The notes beneath the pieces were generated by a model, which was not told where the DNA came from, searched no databases, and was given only the letters and a program-made list of their open reading frames with translations. Shown in pieces: positions 1-12,469 of a stretch of 64,000 nt of DNA. Source of the DNA: Squalus acanthias (lineage: Eukaryota); NCBI GenBank assembly GCA_030390025.1, contig CM059432.1, forward strand, positions 138,200,001 to 138,264,000, in the 5' to 3' direction. The position numbers and the translations under genes were made by a program. Each line of letters starts with the position of its first letter. Positions within the stretch are counted from its first letter, which is position 1.

Positions 1-530
1 CATTCGGCCCGTCGTGCCTGTGCTGGCTCTTTGAAAGAGCAGTCGTGCTCAGTCCCACATCCCCGCTTTTTGTCCGTAACCCTGCAAGTTCCTCATCCTC
101 AAGTAGCTGTTCAACTCCCTTTTAAAATTATTTATGGAATCAGCTTCCACCACCTTTTCAGGTGGAGCATTCCAGATTCTGACAACTCTCTGAGTGAAAA
201 GAATTCTTCCCATCTCCCCTCTAGATCTTTTTCCAGTGATTTTAAATCTATGACCTCTGGTTATTGACCCACTCGCCAGAGGGAATAGTTTTTCTCTCTC
301 TACTCTATCAAAACCTCGCATCATCTTGAAAACCTCCATTAGGTCACCTCTTAACCTTCTCTGTTCCAGGGAGAACAGACCTACCTTTTCCAACCTCTCC
401 TCATAACTGAAGTCCCTCATCCCTGGTAACATCCTGGTAAACCTCCTCTGTACCCTTTCTAAGACCTTTACATCCTTCCTGAAGTGTGATGCCCAGAATT
501 GTCCACAATACTCCAGTTGAGGCCTAACGA
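1..530 (-). mobile_element. CR1 LINE, 3' end of ORF2 plus 3' UTR (5'-truncated; runs off the window start)
   Basis: ORF 49..432 has CR1 C-terminal motifs (LFSLEQRRLRGDL, TRGHRFK, FTQRVVRIWN). Same family as 31350-31724. Confidence 0.9.
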
Positions 531-1059
531 GTTTTTAAGGCCATTTTACCCCAATTTAAAAGTGACCATTCGACTTTGATCCAATGACTTCACACAGCAG
601 TCGGGCAATGGAGCCATGATTTAAGACTTGGTAAAAACAAATCTTAAACCGCTGTCATTTTGCAACAGACAGAATAAAGCGTGTTAATAGTATAAAAATG
701 TAAACTAACGTAATTTACCATGAAAAAGAATTACTGTGTTTGGCAGGTTTAAAAATCAGTTGCATATGATCTTGAACAGAGCTGCCAACCAAAGGAGAAC
801 ATAACAGGTCTCAAGACAAAACTGCATGGGGGATCATAGTTTGCACAGAATCAAGCTCAAAAGACAGAAGGTGAACAGAGAGTTTAGATATATCAGGGTA
901 GAGAATTGGACCTCGTTGCTTACGAGCGGAATGAGTGCCAATTTAAGGGGCCAATGTCCTGTGCTCCAAGGACGCCTGAAAGGAATCCGTCACGATATTG
1001 GGCAGGGCCTAAAACAGGCGATAGGCCCCTTGCATATATTATTGAGGGGTCTAACGCAT

Positions 1060-1290
1060 GTTTCAGCTGCCTAGGCCCTAAGCTCTGGAATTCCATCCCT
1101 AAACCTCTCGGCCTCTCTCCCCTCCTTTAAGACGCTCCTTAAAATCTACCTCTTTGACCAAGCTTTTGGTCACCTGTCCTAATATCTCCTTATGTGGCTC
1201 GTTGTCAAATTTTTTCTGATAAAGCTCCTGTGAAGCGCCTTGGGACGTTTTACTATGTTAACGACGCTATATAAATTCAAGTTGTTGTTG
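1060..1290 (+). mobile_element. L2-type LINE 3' end
   Basis: 'CTAAGCTCTGGAATTCC...TTTGACCAAGCTTTTGGTCAC...AAGCGCCTTGGGACGTTT' with (TTG)n tail. Homologous to 42597-42920 and 58925-59300. Confidence 0.75.
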
Positions 1291-1294
1291 CTTC

Positions 1295-1617
1295 AGGACC
1301 CCTCAGGGAAATTGGGTTGCCATGAACAAAGCAGGTTTTGCCCAGGGGTGGTTGGGGCCCAGCGGGGATCTGGAATGGGAAGACGAGCAGCCAGAGGTCG
1401 TGGTTCATGTGGGGAACATAGGTTGGAGTAGGTTTGAGGTGCTGCAAGGGGACTTCAAGCAGCTAAATTATAGATTAAGATGCAGAAACTCCAGGGTAGC
1501 AACCCATTGGATCCAGTGCCACACACTGAACCAGACAGGGTAAGAAAGATTAGGATTGTCAACGCGTGGCTGGAAGAATGGTGCAGAAGAGAACCTTTCA
1601 GATTCTTGGGACACTAG
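1295..1617 (+). pseudogene. CR1 ORF1 esterase (SGNH-like) fragment
   Basis: Translates DEQPEVVVHVG-NIG and NAWLEEWCRREPFRFLGH*, typical of the vertebrate CR1 ORF1 esterase. Frameshifted and interrupted by the MITE at 1618. Confidence 0.7.
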
Positions 1618-2473
1618 GGGCTGGATTTTACCAGCCCTGAGGATGCGGGTTTGGAGGCGGGACTGCTGGCAAAATCAAAAAGAATGGGAGCGGGTCCCGA
1701 ACCCACTCCCAACCTGCCTCCAAACAATCTTCCTGGGAGTCGGGTCCCCGATTTGTGCAGGGACCCGACTCCTAGTAGCGGGAAGAGGATTATAGCCATT
1801 TAACTGTCTGTTAACAGGCAGTTAAGAGGCTTTTTCCCATTTTGAGACTTCTGCTGCAAGCTTCCCGACGTCAGGGAACCCCGCCAGGGTAAGTGAGGCG
1901 TGCTGTGGGTCTGTTGTAATGTTTGTGTATAGATGCCAGCTGCAGAAGTGGTGTGAAGGATCCAATGGGACACTGGTGAGTATCAGAGGTAAGGAAATAT
2001 TGGGAAAGTTATTTTTAATGTGTTTAGATTTTTCTGTAGGTGACAAGCTTTGAAGTGTTTGTGTGGCCTCACCTCATTGGGAGAAGTGACAGATCACTTC
2101 TGTAACCTCATCTGCAGCTGCCATCTGTTTTATCCTAAGGAGAGAGTCATTGGAGAGCCTGGGAGCAAGGGCTCACCTTTGTACAGTGATTGTCAGTGTT
2201 TGACAGCACCTCAATGCTGTCAAACACTGACAAATCATCTGTCAAAAATAAATGCTACATGTCCCTTTAAGAAAACTGGCAGATGAAGCATCATCAACTG
2301 ACATCATCTGACACCGGCTTTCCCTTAATTGGCCAGCAAGCCCGCAGAGCGGGCTTAACAAGGCAAATCAGGGGAAAATAGCATCTGTGCGTCGGACGTC
2401 GCTGGGGGCGGGACTAGAACCCGAAAGGCAGCATTCCCGCCCCCAACTTGTCTCGGCAGGTAAAATCCAGCCC
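1618..2473. mobile_element. PIF/Harbinger-type non-autonomous DNA transposon (MITE family A, copy 1)
   Basis: Perfect 15-bp TIR GGGCTGGATTTTACC / GGTAAAATCCAGCCC, 3-bp TSD TAG (1615-1617, 2474-2476). Inverted homologue at 61013-61838. Confidence 0.85.
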
Positions 2474-2483
2474 TAGGACAACT

Positions 2484-2840
2484 AGGTGCATTTTAGTAGG
2501 AAGAATAAGGAGTCCACATACTGCTTGGATAATAACAGTCTAAATGGGATAGAGGAGCAAAGGGATCTAGGGGTACAGATGCACAAATCACTAAAAGTAG
2601 CGACACAGGTTAATAAGGTCATAGAAAAAGCAAACAAAGCGCTAGGGTTTATTTCCAGGGTAATAGTATTGAAAAGCAAGGAGTCATGTTAAACTTGTAT
2701 CGAACCTTGGTTAGACCACACTTGGAGTGCTGTGCACATTTCTGGTCTCCATATTACAAAAAGGATATAGAGGTATTGGAGAAGGTGCAAAAAAGATTTA
2801 CAAGGATGATACCAGAACTGAGAGGTTATACCTATCAGGA
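2484..2840 (+). mobile_element. CR1 ORF2 internal fragment
   Basis: HFSRKNK..EQRDLGVQMHKSLKV..KANKALGFISR, continuing with a frameshift to the LVRPHLE region. Confidence 0.85.
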
Positions 2841-3160
2841 AACAGCGCGGACCTGAGCGGGAGCGGCAGCAACGGAGGCGGCGGCGACATAAAGGGAGCT
2901 GAGCGTCGACTTAAAAAAAAGGAGTGATGTCACAGGAGAGCAGCTAGGTGATTGGTTAGTGAGTATTACAGCTCTTTTGCTCTCTAGGTTAGATAAGTAG
3001 ATTAAATTCAGAACTGGGAGAGTATTAACTACTATAACTTCATTGAATTAATAACTTAAGCTAAATTAAAACTAAAAATTAAAAGTAAAAATAATCTTTT
3101 GAAGGAGACGGCGTATAATTTGAGTGGGAGGCCCAGAGAGAGAGCAGAACAGAGCAGCAG
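2841..3160 (+). mobile_element. Probable CR1 5' UTR fragment
   Basis: CpG-rich start followed by 'GTGATGTCACAGG..GGTGATTGGTT..GTGAGTA' and an AT-rich tract. Resembles shark CR1 5' UTRs by eye only. Confidence 0.4.
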
Positions 3161-3164
3161 TGGC

Positions 3165-3397
3165 ACCATCATCCCTTTTATCTCTTAATCTCTCCTGCTT
3201 TCCATCCTATCACAGACCTTCCCTTTTGTTCTTTCCTCCCCTCCCTCTCCCTGCCCCCACACTTGCTTAAAAACCTGTTACATCTCCAACTTTTTCCAGT
3301 TCTGACAAAGGGTCACAGACCTGAAACTTTAACTCTGTTTCTCTCTCTACAGATGCTGCCTGACCTGCTGAGTATTTCCAGCATTTTCTGTTTTTAT
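3165..3397 (+). mobile_element. Penelope-like element pseudo-LTR fragment with degenerate hammerhead motif
   Basis: CTGACAA-A-GGGTC-ACA-GACCT-GAAA at 3302-3326, then 'GATGCTGCCTGACCTGCTGAGTATTTCCAGCATTTTCTG'. Same family as 55404-55660. Confidence 0.7.
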
Positions 3398-6300
3398 ATA
3401 AGAGAGAATACAGGATGGTCTAAGATGGGTTTACAGTGTATATAGAAACATAGAAGATAGGAGCAGGAGTAGGCCATTCGGCCCCTCGAGCCTGTTCCGC
3501 CATTTAATGAGATCATGGCTGATCATCCAAATTCAGTACCCTGTCCCTGCTTTCTCCCCATATCCCTTGATCCCTTTAGCTTTAAGAAATATATCTAATT
3601 CCTTCTTGAATATATTTAATGAATCGGCCTCAACTGCCTTCTGTGGTAGAGAATTCCACAGGTTCACCACTCTCTGGGTGAAGAAATTCCTCCTCATCTC
3701 AGTCCTAAATGGCTTACCCCTTATCCTTAGACTGTGACCCCTGGTTCTGGACTCCCCCGCCATCGGGAACATCCTTCCTGCATATATATGAATGCACGAA
3801 GCGTAGTAGACAAGGTAAGTGAGCTGCAGGCGCAAATAGCCACATGGGAATATGATGTTGTTGCAATAACTGAGACCTGGCTCAAAAAAGGGCAGGATTG
3901 GGTATTAAATATTCCTGGATATAAAGTGTTCAGGAAAGACAGTGAAGGAAAGATAGGAGGTGGTGTGGCAGTATTGGTCAAGGAGAATGTTACAGTGCTG
4001 GAGAGGGAGGATGTCCTGGAAGGGTCAAGGACAGAATCTATATGGCTAGAGTTAAGAAATAATAGAGGTGCCATTACACTATTAGGTGTATTCTATAAAC
4101 CACCAAATAGTGGGAAAGAAATGGAGGAGCAAATTTGCAGAGAAATTACAGAGAGATGCAAGAACTATAGAGTAGTGATAATGGGGGACTTCAACTATCC
4201 TAATATAGACTGGGATCGTAATAGTGTTAAGGGCAGAGAAGGGGAAGAATTTCTGAAGTGTGTTCAGGAGAACTTTCTTGATCAGTATGTTTCTGGCCCG
4301 ACGAGGGAGGAGGCATTGCTGGATCTGGTTCTGGGGAATGAGGTGGGGTAAGTGGAGCAAGTGTCAGTAGGTGAACATTTAGGGAACAGTAATCATATTA
4401 TCATAAGGTTTAGAGTAGCTATGGAAAAGATAAGGGAGAAATCTAGGGTAAAAATGATTAATTGGGGGAAGGCCAATTTCAGTGGGATGAGAACGGATCT
4501 GTTCCAGGTAAACTGGAATCAAAGATTGGCAGGCAAAACTGTAATGGAACAATGGGCTGCCTTTAAAGAGGAAAAAGTTCAGGTACAGTTGAGGGACTAG
4601 GGGGAAAGGCAGGGCAACTAAAGTCAGGGCTCCCTGGATGACAAAAGAGATAGAGAATATGATGAAGCAGAAAAAGAGCATGTATGACAGATGTCAGGTT
4701 GCAAATGCATCTGAGAATCAGGCTATATATAGAAAGGTCAGAGGAGAAGTGAAAAAGAAAATAAGAGGGGCAAAGAGAGGGTATGAGAATAGAATGGCAG
4801 CCAACATAAAAGGTAATCCAAAAGTCTTCTATAGGCATATAAATAGTAAAAGGGTAGTAAGAGGAGTGGTGGGGCCAATTAGGGACCAAAAAGGAGACCT
4901 ATGCATGGAGGCAGAGGGTATGGCTGAGGTACTAAATGAGTACTTTACAGCTGTCTTCACCAAGGAAGAAGATGCTGCCATAGACATAGTGAAGGAGGAG
5001 GTAGAGGAGATACTTGATAGGATAAAAATTGATAAAGAGGAGGTATTAGAAAGGCTGGCTGTACTTAAAGTAGATAAATCACCAGGAGTGGATGGGATGC
5101 ATCCTAGGATGCTGAGGGAAGTGAGGGAAGAAACCGCGGAGTTGCTGGCCATAATCTTCCAATCCTCCTTAGAGGGTTAGTGCCAGAGGACTGGAGAATT
5201 GCAAATGATACACCATTGTTCAAAAAAGGGTGTAAAGATAAACCCAGCAACTACAGGCCAGACAGTTTGACCTCGGTAGTGGGGAAGCTTTTAGAAACAG
5301 TAATCAGGGACAAAATTAACAGTCACTTGGACAAGTGGGGATTAATTAAGGAAAGCCAGCATGGATTTGTTAAAGACATATCGTGTTTAACCAACTTGAT
5401 TGAGTTCTTTGATGAGGTGACAGAGGGGGTTGATGAGGGTAATGCAGTTGATGTAGTGTACATGGATTTCCAAAAGGCGTTCAACAAAGTGCCACATAAT
5501 AGGCTTGCCAGCAAAGTTGAAGCCTATGGAATAAAAGGGACAGGGCAGCATGGATACAGAATTGGCTAAGTGATAGGAAACAGAGTAGTGCTGAACGGTT
5601 GTTTTTCAGACTGGAAGAAGGTATACAATGGTGTTCCCCAGGGGTCGGTTCTAGGATCACTGCTTTTCTTAATATATATTAGTGACTTGTACAAAATTTG
5701 TAGATGACACAAAACTAGGAAGTATAGTGAACAGTGAGGAAGATAGTGATAGACTTCAGGAAGACATAGACAGGCTGGTGAAATGGGTGGACACGTGGCA
5801 GATGAAATTTAATGCAGAAAAGTGTGAAGTGATATACTTTGGTAGAAAGAATGAGTAGAGGACATATAAACTAAATGGTACAATCCTGAAGGGCGTGCAC
5901 GAACAGAGACCTGGGGGTATGTGTGCACAAATCGTTGAAGGTGACAGGGCAGGTTGAGAAAGCAGATATAAAGGCTTACGGGATCCTGGGCTTCATGAAT
6001 AGAGGCATAGAGTACAAAAGTGTGGAAATTATGATGAACCTTTATAAAACACTGGTTCAGCCCCGACTGGAGTACTGTGTCCAATTCTGGGCACCACACT
6101 TTAGGAAGGATGTGAAGGCCTTAGAGGGGGTGCCGAGAAGATTTAAGAGAATGATTCCAGGAATGAGGGACTTCAGTTTACGTGGATAGACTGGAGAAGC
6201 TGGGGTTGTTCTCCTTGGAACAGAGAAGATTGAGAGGAGATTTGATAGAGGTGTTCAAAATCATGAGGGGTCTGGACAGAGTAGATAGAGAGAAACTGTT

Positions 6301-6610
6301 CCCATTGGCAAAAGGGTTGAGAACCAGAGGAGACAAATTTAAGGTGATTGGCATAAGGCAACGTAAGAAAATCTTTTTTATGCAGCGAGTGGTTAGGATC
6401 TGGAATGCACTGCCTGAAAGGGTGGTGGAGGCAGATTCAATCACAGCTTTCAAAAGGGAATTGGATAAGTATCTGAAGGAAAGAAATCTTCAGGGCTACG
6501 GGGAAAGGGCAGAGGAGTGGGACTAGCTGAAGTGCTCTTGCAGGGAGCCGGCACGGGCTCGACGGGCCGAATGGCCTCCTTCCGTGCTGTAACCATTCTA
6601 TGATTCTGTG
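3398..6610 (+). mobile_element. CR1 LINE with nearly complete, decayed ORF2 (APE endonuclease plus RT) and 3' UTR
   Basis: ORF2 starts at ATG 3425 (MGLQC-IYMNARS once the nested insert is removed). EN motifs ITETW, MGDFN, LLDLVL; RT motifs NYRP-SLTS, QHGF, YMDFQKAF, GVPQGSVLG; ends at 6526; tail ..ATTCTATGATTCT. Several stops and frameshifts. Confidence 0.95.
3445..3778 (-). mobile_element. Nested 5'-truncated CR1 inserted at the start of the host CR1 ORF2
   Basis: RMFPMAGESRTRGHSLRIRGKPF..GTGY; flanked by TGTATATA (3437-3444) / TGCATATA (3779-3786). Same family as 45463-47922. Confidence 0.9.
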
Positions 6611-6950
6611 AAAGATTAAACTGGCTGGGGCTCTTTTTTCTAGAAAAGAGAAGGCTGAGGGGTGACCTGATCGAGGTCTTTAAAATGATGATGACGTTTC
6701 AACCTTTAGTGGCTTCAAAAACTAGGGGCCATCAATATAAGATAGTCACTAATAAATCCAATAGGGAATTCAGGAAAAACGTCTTTACCCAGAGAGTGGT
6801 TGGAATGTAGAACTCGCTACCACAAGGAGTGGTTGAGGCGAATAGCATAGATTCATTTAAGGGGAAGCTAGATAAGCACATGAGGGAGAAAGGAATAGAA
6901 GGATATGCTGATAGGGTTAGATGAAGAGGGGTGGGAGGAGGCTCGTGTAT
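6611..6950 (+). mobile_element. CR1 3' fragment (second subfamily)
   Basis: LFFLEKRRLRGDLIEVFK and TRGHQYKIVTNKSNREFRK; 3' UTR 'GGGTGGGAGGAGGCTCGTGT'. Confidence 0.8.
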
Positions 6951-7350
6951 TTGGCCTCCTTATTCTTCCTAGCAATCTTATGCAGTCTTTAATCGCCTTC
7001 TGACTCCTAACATAAACAAAAAGAAAGATTATACTATTGCTCCGCAGTGATCCACTATTTTCTTCTTCAGTGACTTTTTGACTGTTCCCGCAACAGCTTC
7101 TGTTGCCTTTTGCTGAGCTCGATGCTCTCCTGAGAGTTATTTTTCTTTTAGACTGCAAAAACATTTTTGCTTAAGTCTGATTTGTCCTTGCTCATGACTG
7201 GTTGCCCACTTTGGCTTTAAAGGTATTCCATTTCTCCTTTGTGTGGGCGGAACAAGCTCGATGGGGCTGAATGGCCTACTCCTGTTCCTATGTCTTGGTA
7301 AGATTAAGGCTTTGCGACCTGTTCCCACATCACCACCAGGGGGACCCAGG

Positions 7351-7545
7351 TAGGGCTGTCAGTTCTAGTTGGACAAATTCCTGGAAGTTTCATTACCTGA
7401 CCGCCTGCCTCTAACCACTCTACCCCCACACTACTGCCACTGGTCCATTCTCTCCGTGCCCTGCCTTCCCATGGCCAATTGAAAAGCAAACAGCCTTTTT
7501 CTCCCACCTCTAATATTTTTATTACTAATAAACAGAAGTATTGAA
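7351..7545 (-). mobile_element. Partial hAT-type MITE (homologue of 54209-54584)
   Basis: Begins TAGGG; aligns to the reverse complement of the right half of 54209-54584. Confidence 0.6.
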
Positions 7546-7556
7546 GGAAACTGAAA

Positions 7557-7840
7557 CAGAAACAACGACAACTTGCATTTATATAGCGCCTTTAACGTAG
7601 TAAAACGTCCCAAGGCGCTTCACAGGAGCGATTATTAAACAAAGTTTGACACCGAGCCACATAAAGAGCTATTAGGACAGGTGACCAAATACATAATCAA
7701 AGAGGTAGGTTTTAAGGAGCATCTTAAAGGAGGGGAGAGAGGCGGAGAGGTTTAGGGAGGGAATTCCAGAGCTTAGGGCCTCGGCAGCTGAAGGCACGGC
7801 CGCCAATGGTGGAGTGATGGAAATCGGGGATGCGCAAGAG
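7557..7840 (-). mobile_element. L2-type LINE 3' end
   Basis: Reverse complement of the L2 tail at 1060-1290. Confidence 0.75.
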
Positions 7841-8472
7841 AGTTTTGGGTGTACTGCTCCTGTCTAGTATCAGAGGTGAGGCAGGAAAATATACCCTCTT
7901 GTTTATGAGACAGTTTTGCCGGGCAAAGCTTGCAATTATTCATGAGACCCTGGACTGTTTATACTGAAAGGTGGCTCCTTATCAGTTGAGGTATCTGAAA
8001 CAGTGCTTCAAGATCCCTATGGTATATTCGATAACCATTCTAGTTGTATCATGAGTTTCTTTCTACCCGTGCTGAGTGCTGCAAAAATGGTTTATTGTGT
8101 CTGAAGATCTTCTCCCCTGCTAAACTGCAGCTTCCTAAGGCGCATCTCTTCCATTAATCCCAGGTAAATGTGCCTAGGATGATAGGACGACTCTGTTGCT
8201 TATCTGTGGGACTTGACAGAACGCTTTGCGTGCTACCTGACAGCACTTTCATGCTCTTGCTCGTCCTTCTCAGCCTTAGGAAGGATATGCTGATAGGGTG
8301 AGATGAAGTAAGGTGGGAGGAGGCTCGTGTGGAGCATAAACACCGGCACAGATCTGTTGGGCCGAATGGTCTTCTTCTGTGCTGTAAATTCTATGTAAAG
8401 GTAAACCAGGAAGAGCATTAAATATGAGCCATTGTAGACAGACTTTAGCAGCATCTACCTTAACTACCTTAA

Positions 8473-8938
8473 CGACAGCGCAAAATCATAGAGCAGAAAC
8501 TGATAGCCAAGTTCCGCACTCATGAGGATGGCCTCAATCGCGATATCGGGTTCATGTCACGATACAGAACGTGACTTGACATCATGGCGGTCTTCCCAGG
8601 TGTTTTTTTTTTTTTTTTTGTTTTTTTTGGTTTTTTTTTAAAAACACAAGAACACAAATTGACAGGATATGCAGCCAGCAGGTGGTTTGACACGCTGGAC
8701 CCCCTGGGACACATCTCATTGTCTTGGCTGTGCTCTTTGTTGTAGCGAATAATGTGAATAGATTTTGTCTGGGTTTAAATTGTGAATTCTGGGAGATTCT
8801 CTCATTGCTAACTTACCTGACGAAGGAGCGATAGCTCCGAAAGCTTGTAAAATTAAATAAATCTGTTGGACTATAACCTGGTGTTGTGCGACTTCTCATT
8901 TTTGTCCACCCCAGTCCAACGCCGGCATCTCCACATCA
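8473..8938 (+). mobile_element. Penelope-like element 3' end (C-terminus of the GIY-YIG-containing ORF plus pLTR)
   Basis: 8473-8574 translates RQRKIIEQKLIAKFRTHEDGLNRDIGFMSRYRT* (GLN motif ending PLE ORFs). Hammerhead motif at 8817. Candidate TSD TTAAC(TA) at 8460/8469 and 8939. Confidence 0.85.
8812..8850 (+). ncRNA. Minimal type I hammerhead ribozyme motif (Penelope-associated)
   Basis: CTGACGA (8817-8823), A, stem II GGAGC/GATA/GCTCC, GAAA (8839-8842), then GCTTGTA. CUGANGA and GAAA boxes intact. Confidence 0.7.
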
Positions 8939-9172
8939 TTAACTATATACAACAGCCCTTCTGTCAATACCAGCAAGCGGTGTTTAGCTTTTGGTAGCAA
9001 CACATCAGATATGTAGTTTTAGAGCTTGGAAATAGGGGACCGATTATGTGCCCCTGTTGTTAAAAGTAAGTCTTACGGTGGGTTTCTAAAAACAACACTC
9101 GCACAGCTCAATACATGGAATGGTTTTCTGGGATTATTATAGAAAAAAGAAAGAATAAGAAAGACTTATACA

Positions 9173-9685
9173 ATCATAGAATCATTCAGCACAGAAGGAG
9201 GCCATTCGGCCCATCCTGCCTGTGCCGGCTCTTTGAAGGAGCGATCCAATTAGTCCCACTCGCCTCACTGTTTCTCTATAGCCCTGCAAATTTCTCCCCT
9301 TCAAGTATTTATCCAATTCCCTTTTGAAAGTTACTATTGAATCTGCTTCCACCGCCCTTTCAGGCAGTGAATTTCAGATCACAAAAAATCGCTGCATAAA
9401 AAAAGAATCTCCTCATCTCCTCCCTGGCTTTGTTGCCACTGACCTTGAATCTGTGTCCTCTGGTTACTGACTCTCCTGCCAGTGGAAATGGTTTCTCCTT
9501 AGATACTCTACCAAAACCCCTCATGATTTTGAACATCTCTATCAAATCACCCCTTAACCCTCTCCGCTCTAAGGAGAACAATTGCAGCTCCTCTAGTCTC
9601 TCCACATAACTGAAGTCCCACATCCCTGCTACCATTCTAGTAAATCTGCTCTGCATCCTCTTTGAGCCCTTGACATCCTTCCTTT
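9173..9685 (-). mobile_element. CR1 3' end
   Basis: ORF 9360..9656 with CR1 C-terminal motifs plus 3' UTR hairpin and tail. Confidence 0.85.
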
Positions 9686-10042
9686 ATTTTTTTTTTCCCT
9701 TGCATTTCTATAATACCTTTCGCGACCTCAGGACATCCCAAAGCGCTTTACACCCAATGAAGTACTTTTGTAGTGTAGTCACTGTTGTAATGTAACTCAA
9801 AATAGCACCATAGTTCGGAGCTGTGATAGTGAAACTGTAGATTTCTATGAGCGGACGAACTCGATGGGCCGAATGGCCTCCCTTATCTGTACTTAACTTC
9901 GAGATGCTTGTGAGAAAAACTGTTTGGAATTGTGACCCCCTTGGTGGATAGTTAGTGTGCCACTCAGTGTGGCACTTTATTTGTGCCTCTGATGGGGTAA
10001 TGTGACATGGCCATCTGCAGTCTAGTGTGCTCTGTTGAGGGT

Positions 10043-10497
10043 GTTTGCCGTGTCTCGGTGGGTAGCATACTCACCTCTGAGGCTGAAGGTTGTAGGTTAA
10101 TAGTTCCACAACAGCGACTTGAACACAAAATCGAGGCTGACACTCCAGTGCAGTGCTGAGGGAGTGCTGCACAGTCGGAGGTGCCGTCTTTTGGATGAGA
10201 CGTTAAATCGAAGCCCTGTCTGCCCTCTCAGGTTGGATGTAAAAGAGCCCATATTTTGAAAAAGAGCAGGAGACTTCTCCCCGGTGTCCTGGCCAATATT
10301 TATCCCTCAACCAACATCACTAAAACAGATTATCTGGTCATTATCACATTGCTGTTTGAGGGAGCTTGCTGTGCACAAATTGACTGCCGCGTTTTCTACA
10401 TTACAACAGTGACTACACTTCAAAAATGGTCTGTAAAGCACTTTAGGACATCCGGAGGTCGTGATAGGTGCTATATCAATACAAGTCTTTCTTTTCA
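10043..10497 (+). mobile_element. tRNA-derived DeuSINE (SacSINE1-like)
   Basis: Degenerate A/B boxes, Deu-like core 'GAGGTGCCGTCTTTTGGATGAGACGTTAAA', L2-like tail. Confidence 0.8.
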
Positions 10498-11917
10498 GAT
10501 GTAGTAAATGCTGACATGTGGTGCAGTTCATGCCTCTGACAAACTGTAGTGGAGTTAGTCCAAGATATAGATGTAAATAAGACACTGTCTTCACAGAACA
10601 GACCCACTTCATGGTGAACTCCTAGCTCTCTACATACACGTTACTGCCTTGTACTGGATGACTGCTTCCCCATCGATGAAGATGTCCTTGCTGACATTAT
10701 CCTAATTGAAATATAAGTGGTTCTTTTGTCATTCATGCTGTCCCAGTCAAAGCACATACGGTGCTTCATAAAATGAATCCTGGCTTTTTGAAAGGATTTA
10801 TTAAAAGTCAGTCCCTAACCCACTCTCCCCGCACCCCCCACCCACTCTCCCCCCACCCACCACCACCCTTCCTTCTACTCAAATTAAACGTGTTTGTTTT
10901 TATTATGTTAGACCAATTTAGTATTGCTTGAGGATTTTTTTCATTAGTTTTCTTTGTCAAAAGCTTTTGTGAATTGAACTAAAAAAAATAAGCGACTTAG
11001 GGGATAGTGTCTTCTGTTATGAACAACAGAATTTCTACCAAGTTGTATTTCAATGCTGATTGGCAAGAAGTCTTATTTTTAAAAACTACCAGATATTTCA
11101 GGACAAAACTTCCCGAGCTTCCAGTTTCCCAATTACTCTGCTTGTTTCCTTCATCTGAAAGTGGGCGATACCTTAGCTGAAAGGTCAAGACTTTGGGAAT
11201 GGGATTTAAAGAACTCCAAGAGCTAATCCAAAGAGGAAGCTGGCTGAGGGTCCCTCATTGAAGGATGGATGAAATCAGGAAGAATTAACTTCCAAAACCA
11301 ACATTTGCAAACAAAGGTTTGAAAGAATGTTTAAATTGTCCTTGCCTAATGCTCGAGAAATGTCATTCCATGACAACTTTTAGCTGATTTGTTTCTCTCA
11401 AGGCCAGGGGTGGAAAATAAATCTTCAAATGAAAACTCGAAACTATTTAAGAAAAGCTTTTTACACAGCGCAGCCAGCTATTGGGAAACAAAATAGTTGA
11501 AGCCTGAGAAAAGTAATAGTGCAATTTGATTCTGAATTTCTAACCTTTCCCGTTATATGCATCTTAGCCAGAAGTGACCTTCTTAGTCTTCACAAAACCA
11601 TTGCCCAAAACAGAGTTCTCCTGTATTTGTGTCTCAGGACGTGAATGTTAAGCTTCATGTGGAAGGAATAGCTTTGTGTATATGTTTTGTACAAAAGGAT
11701 CTAAAACACTGTGGACATTTTGATCCATATGTCGGCATGTACGGTATTTATAGCATTTTATACTCTGATTCTACCAACATTCCTGAAAATTCTGCCGTCA
11801 CAACAATTCAGCTAAAAAGACCTCCAAGCACATTTATTCTGAAGATACAGGCACTAATATGAAATAAGACTATTCCTTACCCTTAAGGGGATCATTGTGC
11901 ACTCTAGGTTCTTGGGA

Positions 11918-12367
11918 TGTGTCAGCTGTGGCTCAGTGGGTAACACTCTCACTCTCTGAGTCAGAAGGTCGTGGGTTCAAGTCCCACTCCAGAGACTGGA
12001 ACACAAAATCTAGGCTGACACTCCCAGTGCGAGTGCTGCGCAGTCAGAGGTGCCGTCTTTTGGATGAGATGTTAAACCGAGGCCCTGTCCGCCCTCTCAG
12101 GTGGCTGTGAAAGATCCCACGGTGCTATTTTGAAGAAGAGCACGGGAGTTCTCCCCAGCGTCCTGCCCAATATTTATCCCTCAACCAACATCGCTAAAAA
12201 CAGATTATGTCATTGCTGTTTGTGGGATCTTGCTGTGCCCACATTGTCTGCCGCGTTGCTTACATTACAACAGTGACTACACTTCAAAAGTGCTTAATTG
12301 GCTTGTCAAGCGCTTTGGGACGTCCTGAGATAGTGAAAGGTGCTATATAAATGCCAGTTCTTTCTTT
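11918..12367 (+). mobile_element. tRNA-derived DeuSINE (SacSINE1-like)
   Basis: A box TGGCTCAGTGG, B box GGTTCAAGTCC, Deu-like core, tail 'AAAGGTGCTATATAAATGC'. Confidence 0.85.
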
Positions 12368-12469
12368 TTACTTTATACTGTGTCCTTCTGTGCATGTTCT
12401 TCTATGGCTCAATACATACAAAGATAGCATTCCATACAATCATAAATAGACGAAAGTGTTTACAACATT

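Noticed and set aside
11918..11992. tRNA-like A/B boxes (also at the heads of other SINEs)
   Set aside because: No full cloverleaf and they continue into SINE bodies, so these are SINE promoters, not tRNA genes.
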